From an uncultured bacterium (GTDB lineage Bacteria; Cyanobacteriota; Vampirovibrionia; Gastranaerophilales; Gastranaerophilaceae): a stretch of 64,000 bases of DNA. Position numbers and translations under genes: made by a program. A model generated the notes under the pieces. It saw only the letters and a list, made by a program, of their open reading frames with translations, did no database searches and was not told where the DNA came from. Shown here one piece after another: positions 39,445 through 46,860 of this stretch (positions are counted from its first letter, which is position 1; every line of letters starts with the position of its first letter). The stretch spans positions 2,713 through 66,712 of the forward strand of contig CADAYE010000002.1 in the NCBI GenBank assembly GCA_902792085.1. Direction: 5' to 3'.

Positions 39445-40503
39445 ATGAAAGTAAACGGTATCAATTCATACAGTCCTATAAATTTTCAATCGCAAGATAG
39501 GCAGAGCGAAAGTGCGACTACGCAAACCTCTGCCCCTAGGTTTGACAAAAAGATGATTTTATACACAGGGTTAGGAACATTAGCCGCTGGGGGAACGCTT
39601 GCGCTAATTATAAATAATGTCAGAAAAGGTAAAATCAACCCGCCAAAGACTAAAACAATACAACAAACTTTTACAACTTCAAAAGGCGAAAAACTTGTTG
39701 TTGATTTTTCTGACGGAAAAGTTATAAAGGCGGAAAAATCAACCCCTGACGGAAAAATTATTTACCGCAAAGAATACACCCGCAACGGTGACAAACTTAC
39801 CGTTCCGAAATTTACCCCAAATACAGACGGGAATTTGGAAATTTCAAGACTTTTAGTCAAAACGAAAGAATCCATCGGGCAATATTTGAACGATAAAGGC
39901 TTGATAGACAAATATTTTCGCAAAATCGGAAATATCTGGAAAAGAGTTGACGAACGACTGACAAAAGAACAAGTTCCGATGTGCAGCGCAAGAGCGATAT
40001 ATTTAGATTCAGGGCAAATGATTAACCGTTTTTTACGTTCCGGAGAGTTTTATAACTACAAATCAACAGACGGTAAATTCTTTAATCTTGATGAATTTTC
40101 ACCTGAAATCCGAAAATGTCTTGAATATGACATGAAAGGTGTATATGATACAAACCGCCAAATCATTGACAGTATAGAAATGATTGATGCAAAAACTCAT
40201 TCATCACATACGACACGACCAATGGTGGTTTATCGGGATGCACCGATACAATGGTTAAAAACAGCCAAAGACGGAAAACTTATCGATTTGGGCTACTGCT
40301 CAACCTCGACTGAACGAGGTGCGTCATTAGAAGGTATGCTTTCTAAAGAACCTACAATGACTTATGAAATTGAACTTGGAGAAAATGTACCGTATTGGGA
40401 TTTGACAGATACAACAGAAAAAGAAATGCTTTTGCCGAGAGGTTCTGAATTTCTTATTTTAGGTCACAACAGATTGCGCTACCTCGGACAGATTAAAAAA
40501 TAA
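39445..40503 (+). CDS. N-terminally TM-anchored mono-ADP-ribosyltransferase (R-S-ExE, C3/VIP2/iota-like fold)
   Basis: YLDSGQMINRFLRSG. VVYR (R264, 40234-40236). YCSTS (S286-T287-S288, 40300-40308). EKEMLLPRGSEF (E325 and E327, 40417-40425). Anchor KMILYTGLGTLAAGGTLALIINNVRKGK. Confidence 0.75.
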   Translation: MKVNGINSYSPINFQSQDRQSESATTQTSAPRFDKKMILYTGLGTLAAGGTLALIINNVRKGKINPPKTKTIQQTFTTSKGEKLVVDFSDGKVIKAEKSTPDGKIIYRKEYTRNGDKLTVPKFTPNTDGNLEISRLLVKTKESIGQYLNDKGLIDKYFRKIGNIWKRVDERLTKEQVPMCSARAIYLDSGQMINRFLRSGEFYNYKSTDGKFFNLDEFSPEIRKCLEYDMKGVYDTNRQIIDSIEMIDAKTHSSHTTRPMVVYRDAPIQWLKTAKDGKLIDLGYCSTSTERGASLEGMLSKEPTMTYEIELGENVPYWDLTDTTEKEMLLPRGSEFLILGHNRLRYLGQIKK

Positions 40504-40504
40504 A

Positions 40505-40731
40505 GGTGTCTATATACAATCTTACAGTGAAAAAGTTTAAAACAATTCCCCACCCCTTGAGGGAGGGGAAAATTTTTCCAAAAATTTATTTTTGAGAAAA
40601 ATCAGGGGCGGGGTATTTGTACTTTTTGAAATACTTAAACCCCACCTCGAAATCACAGATTTCGGTCCTCCCTCAAGGGGAGGACATTAATTACAGATAA
40701 ATTACTGTAATATCTATCGTATATAATTGCC
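40505..40731 (+). mobile_element. MITE-like / structured element, copy A (227 nt)
   Basis: Left end GGTGTCTATATACAATCTTACAGTGAA. Right end TTACTGTAATATCTATCGTATATAATTGCC. Internal 14-bp perfect IR CCCCTTGAGGGAGG (40553-40566) with 40667-40680. Homologous ends to copy B. Confidence 0.6.
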
Positions 40732-40747
40732 TAAATATATTATCAGG

Positions 40748-41434
40748 CTATTTTTTATTATACTTTTCATACAAATCGGGGCGGCGGAGTTTTGTGCGTT
40801 CAATTTGCTGTTCAAGTCTAAATTTGGCAATTTCTTTGTGATTGCCGTTTAACAACACTTCAGGAACGCATAACCCTCGGTATTCTCTCGGTTTTGTGTA
40901 TTGCGGATATTCTAAAAGTCCGTCAGAAAAACTATCTTCGTGTGCCGATTCTATTTTACCCAATGTTCCCTCAATTTTTCTGCTAACCGCATCAATTAAA
41001 CAAAGCGCAGGCAATTCGCCCCCTGTCAGAACAAAATCACCGATAGAAATTTCTTTCGGTTTTATAATCTCTCTGATTCTCTCGTCAAATCCCTCATAAT
41101 GTCCGCATAACATTATTATTTGGTCATAATTTGCCAAATCACAGACAAGTTTTTCGCATAACGGCTCACCTTGTGGAGATAACATTACACTTATAGAATT
41201 ATCAAGTTTATCTATACTTTCATAGGCATCTACATAAGGCTGAGGCGCTAAAACCATTCCCGCTCCGCCACCATAAGGAGTATCATCGACTTTTTTGTGC
41301 TTATCAAGCGTAAAATCACGAGGGTTAATTGCGCTGACTTCAAACACTCCGCCATCCTGTGCGCGTTTCATAATGCTGACATTGCAATAATGCTCTATGA
41401 CCTCCGGAAATAATGTTAAAACATCAAATCTCAT
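40748..41434 (-). CDS. trmD: tRNA (guanine37-N1)-methyltransferase TrmD
   Basis: MRFDVLTLFPE...YGGGAGMV...SIGDFVLTGGELPA are TrmD signatures. Confidence 0.95.
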   Translation of the reverse strand: MRFDVLTLFPEVIEHYCNVSIMKRAQDGGVFEVSAINPRDFTLDKHKKVDDTPYGGGAGMVLAPQPYVDAYESIDKLDNSISVMLSPQGEPLCEKLVCDLANYDQIIMLCGHYEGFDERIREIIKPKEISIGDFVLTGGELPALCLIDAVSRKIEGTLGKIESAHEDSFSDGLLEYPQYTKPREYRGLCVPEVLLNGNHKEIAKFRLEQQIERTKLRRPDLYEKYNKK

Positions 41435-41946
41435 TCCAAAAGTCCCTCAATATTGTTTATCATTATCTTTTTATTTTTAATATCCACATCAGGAACAATA
41501 GCCTTTACAAACGGCACAAGACAAATATGTTTGGTATTTGTTTTGACCGATAACAAATCGGTTGCGCCATTGTTTGAAACCCCTATTACAAACCCTAAAT
41601 TTTTGCCTGATTCTTTGTCATAAATGCCCATTCCGACAAGTTCGTCTATCAAAAATTCATCTTCATCAAGATTTTCTCTTATTGTTTCTTCGTCAGTAAA
41701 CAAAAGCATACCTTTGTATGGCAAAAGGTCATTTATTGAATCAATACCTTTAAATTTTACAAGCAAAAAGTTTTTATTTGTACGACAAGACTCTATTTCT
41801 AACTTTTTGTATTCGTTATTATTTTTTATATAAACACAGTCTAAAGACATAAAAAACTCTTGTCGGTTTTTAGAAAACCCGACTTTTGCTTCGCCTTTTA
41901 TTCCGTGAAAATTCAAAATCTTGCCGACAGAAATGTACTTATCCAT
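41431..41946 (-). CDS. rimM: 16S rRNA processing protein RimM
   Basis: GKILNFHGIKGEAKV N-terminal motif. Overlaps trmD in an ATGA. Confidence 0.9.
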   Translation of the reverse strand: MDKYISVGKILNFHGIKGEAKVGFSKNRQEFFMSLDCVYIKNNNEYKKLEIESCRTNKNFLLVKFKGIDSINDLLPYKGMLLFTDEETIRENLDEDEFLIDELVGMGIYDKESGKNLGFVIGVSNNGATDLLSVKTNTKHICLVPFVKAIVPDVDIKNKKIMINNIEGLLE

Positions 41947-41948
41947 AA

Positions 41949-42971
41949 TTATTCTTCGGAGTCTGACTTTTTAGGTCTTCCTCTTTTCTTTTTTGGTTCT
42001 TCGTCAGCTTTTGCTTCTTCCTGCGCTTTTTGGTTTTTAAATTCTTCAGGGACATCAGGTCTGTCCTGATTCCAGCGTTCCATACCCATTTGGGCACGAA
42101 CAAGACCTATACCGACATGAACTCTCCATTCATCCATCTTTAATTGCGCTGCAATTATTTTGTGGCAACCGATTGGAGGTATCGGCAACAATGGTTCATA
42201 TAACATTTTTATTGCATTTAACTGATCAGGAGTAATCGCAAGTTTGCGTTTCGGATAAGGTAGTTTCGGAAGCATCATTTTTTGTCTGATTAAATTGATT
42301 CCAAAAAATACTTTTCTTGGTTCCAAACCGATTTTTTCTCCGATTACTTCATGCGCATCAGGGTTTGGCAGCGGAAGCATTAATTTATACAAAAGTTCAA
42401 TTTGTTCTAATTGCTCCTTGCTGACAAGTAACGGCTTAGGTGCCTTATTCCTGTTGTTTTGCGGACGCCTGTTGTTGTTAAATTTGTTATTTTGAGGGCG
42501 TCTGTTATTATTAAATCCGCCCTGTTGGGGTCTGTTATTATATCTGTTATTGTTGTAACCACCCTGACGGTTATTGTTATAAGGTCTTTGACCGCCCTGA
42601 TGATTATCTCTGTTATATCCGCCCTGATTGTAACCACCCTGACGATTGTTATTATAACCGCCCTGACGATTATTGTTGTAATTATTCTGGCGAGGTCTGT
42701 AATATCCTTGATTATATCCGCTCTGATTATTATATTGGCGAGGCGGCCTTCTGTCTTCATCCCCTCCGCCTGCAGAATAGCTGCTGTAAAACTGCGGAGC
42801 AGATTCACTTTCATTTTGAGGTTGTGAATAACCTTGCTCAGCCGGTTTTTCTCCTTCCGGGGAATCAATCATCATATTTTTGTCGGGGTATAAACAGTCG
42901 GGGCAAACAACCCTTTTAGGATTCTTTGTTTCGAACTCACGACCGCATTTAATGCACTTGTTTACATACAT
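41949..42971 (-). CDS. Zinc-ribbon protein with N/Q/G/R-rich low-complexity core and duplicated C-terminal module
   Basis: CIKCG...CPDC ribbon. (GGYNNNRQ)n-like region. Two copies of the L(Y)(E/K)xxLP(I/L)P...H(K/E)(I/V)I...V..GI.L(V/I)R module. Confidence 0.65.
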   Translation of the reverse strand: MYVNKCIKCGREFETKNPKRVVCPDCLYPDKNMMIDSPEGEKPAEQGYSQPQNESESAPQFYSSYSAGGGDEDRRPPRQYNNQSGYNQGYYRPRQNNYNNNRQGGYNNNRQGGYNQGGYNRDNHQGGQRPYNNNRQGGYNNNRYNNRPQQGGFNNNRRPQNNKFNNNRRPQNNRNKAPKPLLVSKEQLEQIELLYKLMLPLPNPDAHEVIGEKIGLEPRKVFFGINLIRQKMMLPKLPYPKRKLAITPDQLNAIKMLYEPLLPIPPIGCHKIIAAQLKMDEWRVHVGIGLVRAQMGMERWNQDRPDVPEEFKNQKAQEEAKADEEPKKKRGRPKKSDSEE

Positions 42972-43210
42972 AATAAAAGCCTCTTAATTAGTAAAAATAA
43001 AAATCACAATAAAATAAAATCTAAATAAAATTCCTCACAGTATAAATCAATTCAAAAATAAAATTCAACTCTGTATTATAATTGTAACATGTATTTTACA
43101 AAATGTAAAGTCCTCCGTTTAAATTAGATTCATTTATAAAAAATCATTTGTTTATCCCCTTTACAAAGGAGGAGCAAAAATATATTATTGTTACAGAAAA
43201 GGAGAACTGT

Positions 43211-43717
43211 ATGAAAAAGATTGTAATGGGTTTATTGGTCGTATGTACCATGTTATTTATGACAAATGCTTCAATAGCGTGTGATTGCGGGTGTGATAAG
43301 ACTACAATATCTGAAAGTGTTGAATGTCCCAAAGATTGTGATTGCGGATGTCAAAACGGCGAAGAATGTAAATGCAATAAATCCTGCGACAAAGAAAAAT
43401 GCGAAAAGAAAGAAAAATGTTGCAAAAAATGTCCTTGCGGATGCAACAACGGTGAAGGATGCAAATGCAAAAAAGAATGTGACAAATCAAAATGCGATAA
43501 AGAGAGATCTTTATTAGATGAAATAAAAGATTCGACTGCCGCAGAAGAAATTTCACAATGCCCAAAATCAAAATGTTACAATAAATCAAAAAAATGTTGC
43601 AAAAAGTCTAAAAAATTCTGTAAAAAAGCAAAATGTGCCAAGAAATGCAAAAAATCCAAACAAAAATGTAAAAAAGGATGTCCGTTAGAAGATATTATTG
43701 AAACGGAAGAAAAATAA
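43211..43717 (+). CDS. Secreted Cys/Lys-rich (metallothionein-like?) protein
   Basis: AAGGAG SD, then ATG at 43211. Signal peptide MKKIVMGLLVVCTMLFMTNASIA. 29 Cys after the signal peptide (hand count), including two C(D/P)CGC(Q/N)NGE(E/G)CKC modules. Confidence 0.7.
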   Translation: MKKIVMGLLVVCTMLFMTNASIACDCGCDKTTISESVECPKDCDCGCQNGEECKCNKSCDKEKCEKKEKCCKKCPCGCNNGEGCKCKKECDKSKCDKERSLLDEIKDSTAAEEISQCPKSKCYNKSKKCCKKSKKFCKKAKCAKKCKKSKQKCKKGCPLEDIIETEEK

Positions 43718-43733
43718 GAGCCATAAATAAGAA

Positions 43734-43762
43734 AAGCCAAGATTTAATCTTGGCTTTTTTAT
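43734..43762 (+). terminator. Intrinsic terminator
   Basis: AAGCCAAGAT-tta-ATCTTGGCTT followed by TTTTTAT. Confidence 0.75.
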
Positions 43763-43767
43763 AAACT

Positions 43768-44412
43768 TTATACAACCGTTATAAGATTTTGCCCCAACAC
43801 ATTTGATTCAATTCCAAAGTGTTGTGCAACTTTACGATTTACTTCACCTTTTGAGTACACAACCGGTTCGGTTTCCCCTTTAGTTGTTTTTAACAGTATT
43901 GTTTTAGGAATTATATTACTTCCCGAAGCAAAATCTTTTGCCAAAATTTCTTCAACCTGCAATTTACTTGTGGCACCTGCATAAACAGGAGTACCATCGG
44001 GTCCTTCTTTAGGCAAAAATATCTGAGATTGAGGATGTTCCTTATTAATTTTCATAATAAGTCTTTCCGGAACCATATTTTTTAAAATCCATTTAGCCGC
44101 GAGAACTAATGGCAATCTCCCGTCTTTATCCTTTCCTGCAACCATTTGTCCTTTAATAGTACTGTCATCGACTCTGCGATATTGATAAACCCTTTTTACA
44201 CCTTGATTATCAAGTACATCCATTATTTTCCCGTGACTTGAATAAAGTTCTCTTTTGTTACCGTTTTCTGACAAGAATAATTGAATTGCTTCTCCCTGTT
44301 TATTTGTACGACTTGCAATTATACTGTCACCGCAATATAACGAACGCACTCTATCCCATCTGGAATACAGTTTTCCATTGAAAAAATTGGGTAATGTATC
44401 AATTTTAATCAT
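43768..44412 (-). CDS. Hypothetical protein
   Basis: 214-aa ORF. Upstream ATATGCTATGTT -10-like box and GGAAGGA SD. Confidence 0.55.
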   Translation of the reverse strand: MIKIDTLPNFFNGKLYSRWDRVRSLYCGDSIIASRTNKQGEAIQLFLSENGNKRELYSSHGKIMDVLDNQGVKRVYQYRRVDDSTIKGQMVAGKDKDGRLPLVLAAKWILKNMVPERLIMKINKEHPQSQIFLPKEGPDGTPVYAGATSKLQVEEILAKDFASGSNIIPKTILLKTTKGETEPVVYSKGEVNRKVAQHFGIESNVLGQNLITVV

Positions 44413-44564
44413 GTTTAATCCTTCCCTAACGTATATAACATAGCATATATAATCTGGAGTGACAAATTTCTTGTTAAGTTAATTTAAAAAAAATTATTAA
44501 TACATTTGTCAAAAGACCTGAAACATGTAAAATACTTTATAGGGATAAAAATTAAGGAGGGAAT

Positions 44565-45713
44565 ATGAATAAATTATTGAAAATGGTTTTATCTGTTGCG
44601 GTATTTTGTTTTACGCTTATGCCCGCAATTGCATATCCTGATGTGGATGAGAGTTATTGGGCATATCCGCAAATCAATAAGCTAACAGAAAAAGGAGTAA
44701 TTATCGGGTATCCTGACGGAACATTTAAGCCTGATGCGAATGTAACAAGAGCCGAATTTGCGGCTATGGCAATTCGTGCATTGGGACAGGAACATACAAA
44801 AGTTGTTCAGCCTGTTCATTTTACAGATATTGATGAAGAACACTGGGCTTATTCGGATATTCAGAAAGCACTATATTTTGATTTAATTTCATGTGATAAA
44901 AACGGAGAACTTTTCAGACCTGACGATTCAGTATCAAGAGCAGAATCTTTAACTGTGGCCGTAAACGCTTTGACAACCGAAACAATTACCCCCGCAAAGG
45001 CAAAAGAAGTTTTGGAAAAGAAATATATTGATACAAATACGATTCCTGAGTGGTTTGTTATTCCTGCTGGGAAAGCGGAAATCTTAGGAATGGTTGTAAT
45101 TATGCCATCAGCCAAAGATGCAGAACTTGCGGCAGAAAGACCTGCAACAAGAGCGGAAGTCGCTGCAATTTTATTCAATATGATGGAACAGGCAAAACTT
45201 AATCCGAATGCTAAACTTGCGGAAGCAATGAGAAAGAAAACAGGCGAAGGCTTTGTTATTGAAGAAGCAACCGTTCAGGGAAGTATCGGTACTATTCCCG
45301 AAGGAACATTTGTTCCTATAAAAATGAACAGTTATTTAAGTTCTCAAACTACCGAGGGTGGAGTTGTTTATACTGCAAGAATACCTCAAAATTATGTAAC
45401 AAGAGAACACTATATTCTTTTAAGAGAAAATGATAAATTGCAGGGGCAGGTATTACAGGTTCAACCTGGAAAATACTTTGTAAGAAACGGGATTTTGGTA
45501 TTGAAAAATAATATTGTAACAACTGAAAATGACCAAATAGCACCGCTTGTCGGAGTTGCAGAAATCAAAAAAGACAGAAACTGGTGGATGAAATTTGTAA
45601 GATGGGCATTCAAAGGAGAACAACAGGAAGTTATGACAAACGGCGATGCTTATATGAAACTTTTAAAACCGGTTAAAGTTGATTTGACTAACGGTTGGAT
45701 TTACACAGAATAA
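44565..45713 (+). CDS. SLH-domain surface protein
   Basis: Signal peptide, then SLH repeats (YPDVDESYWAYPQINKLTEKGVIIGYPDGTFKPDANVTRAEFA and FTDIDEEHWAY...). AGGAGG SD. Confidence 0.85.
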   Translation: MNKLLKMVLSVAVFCFTLMPAIAYPDVDESYWAYPQINKLTEKGVIIGYPDGTFKPDANVTRAEFAAMAIRALGQEHTKVVQPVHFTDIDEEHWAYSDIQKALYFDLISCDKNGELFRPDDSVSRAESLTVAVNALTTETITPAKAKEVLEKKYIDTNTIPEWFVIPAGKAEILGMVVIMPSAKDAELAAERPATRAEVAAILFNMMEQAKLNPNAKLAEAMRKKTGEGFVIEEATVQGSIGTIPEGTFVPIKMNSYLSSQTTEGGVVYTARIPQNYVTREHYILLRENDKLQGQVLQVQPGKYFVRNGILVLKNNIVTTENDQIAPLVGVAEIKKDRNWWMKFVRWAFKGEQQEVMTNGDAYMKLLKPVKVDLTNGWIYTE

Positions 45714-45732
45714 AAATTATTACCAAATAAAA

Positions 45733-45768
45733 AAACGGGGATTTTGAAAAATTCCCGTTTTTTTTATT
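45733..45768. terminator. Bidirectional terminator
   Basis: AACGGGGATTTT-ga-AAAATTCCCGTT (one G.U pair) followed by a T-run. Overlaps the stop of the CDF gene. Confidence 0.7.
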
Positions 45769-46429
45769 CAAAATCAAGTAAAATTTTTGAAGAAGATTTT
45801 AATAAATCAAAAGACCATTTTGCAATAATAAAACCGCCGACAACTCCAATTGCAGGATCTAACAGAGTTAGTCCCAAATATTTGCCCAAAAGCAATGCCC
45901 CAATTGCAAGAACTGATGTCATCGCATCTGCTAAAATATGTAAATACGCCGCTTTATAGTTCAAATTTTCTTCGTGTTGTTCATTGTGATGTTCACAATG
46001 CCCGCAATTACAATGAGCATGATTGTGATTATGTAAAGGATTTTCACCCCCCATAATAAACACACATAACAAATTTATAATTAAACCTAAAATTGCAACC
46101 AAAATCGCATCACTAAATCCTATTGATAACGGATTAAAAAATCTTTCAGCAGATTCCCAAATGATACCAAGTGAAGTGAACCCCAACATAATTGCACTTG
46201 TATAACCACCTAAAGCATTAAGTTTTTTAGTTTTATTTTCGTATTTTGTCGCAATTAAACATACAATAAGAGTTATTGTAAACGCAAGAACATGTGTTCC
46301 CATATGAAAACCATCTGCCGTCAATGCCATTGAATTGGTTATTATTCCGTAATAGATTTCTGCTGCCATCATAAGTGCTGTCACAATTATTACGGCAATT
46401 GTACGCTTTTTTAAAATTTTGTTATCCAT
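45764..46429 (-). CDS. Cation diffusion facilitator (CzcD/ZitB-like) lacking the cytoplasmic C-terminal domain
   Basis: TM2 ADGFHMGTH and TM5 HILADA metal-site motifs. His/Cys loop HNHNHAHCNCGHCEHHNEQHEEN. The ORF ends soon after TM6 (221 aa). Confidence 0.75.
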   Translation of the reverse strand: MDNKILKKRTIAVIIVTALMMAAEIYYGIITNSMALTADGFHMGTHVLAFTITLIVCLIATKYENKTKKLNALGGYTSAIMLGFTSLGIIWESAERFFNPLSIGFSDAILVAILGLIINLLCVFIMGGENPLHNHNHAHCNCGHCEHHNEQHEENLNYKAAYLHILADAMTSVLAIGALLLGKYLGLTLLDPAIGVVGGFIIAKWSFDLLKSSSKILLDFE

Positions 46430-46450
46430 AATTCCGTTTCCTTTGCCTCA

Positions 46451-46479
46451 ATGTTAAACCCTGACAACTTTTTAGTCAA
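46451..46479 (-). promoter_or_regulatory. Candidate promoter of the CDF gene
   Basis: The - strand reads TTGACT, then 17 nt, then TAACAT, followed by an AAGGAAA SD and the ATG at 46429. Confidence 0.45.
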
Positions 46480-46617
46480 GTAAAATAAATAATTAATTAA
46501 AAATAACGTAAATATTCCAGATCATTATATGCAAATTTTACCGTAAATGCTGGTCGTTGTGGTAATGGCAGGTAATAATTTACATTAGCAATATTATTGA
46601 TATATAAATATAATAAA

Positions 46618-46853
46618 GGTAACTATATACAATGTTACAGTAAATATGTCTGTCATTGCGAGGAGGAAATGGCTTTCCGACGAAGCAATCCAGTTATTTC
46701 ATCCTTATCGACAAATTAAACGGCTGGATTGCCACGCCCTAACGGGCAGTTAACGGCTTCGCCGACACATACAGGCTCACAAGGCTCATTATTATTTTGC
46801 CTGTTCGCTTTGTATCGCAATGACATGCTACTGTAAAATAGTATATAATTACC
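46618..46853 (+). mobile_element. MITE-like / structured element, copy B (236 nt)
   Basis: Left end GGTAACTATATACAATGTTACAGTAAA. Right end CTACTGTAAAATAGTATATAATTACC. Nested perfect IRs GTCATTGCGA (46652-61 with 46815-24) and GCAATCCAG (46685-93 with 46724-32). Confidence 0.6.
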
Positions 46854-46860
46854 ATAATAA

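Noticed and set aside
42407-42868. ORFs 42407..42868 (-) and 42459..42827 (+) inside the 340-aa gene
   Set aside because: These are artefacts of the GGYNNNRQ-type repeat DNA. They are low-complexity and lack an independent start context.
46430-46620. NiCo (czcD-motif) riboswitch upstream of the CDF gene
   Set aside because: The predicted promoter leaves only a ~15-nt leader. I see no four-way-junction-like GC-rich structure between promoter and ATG.
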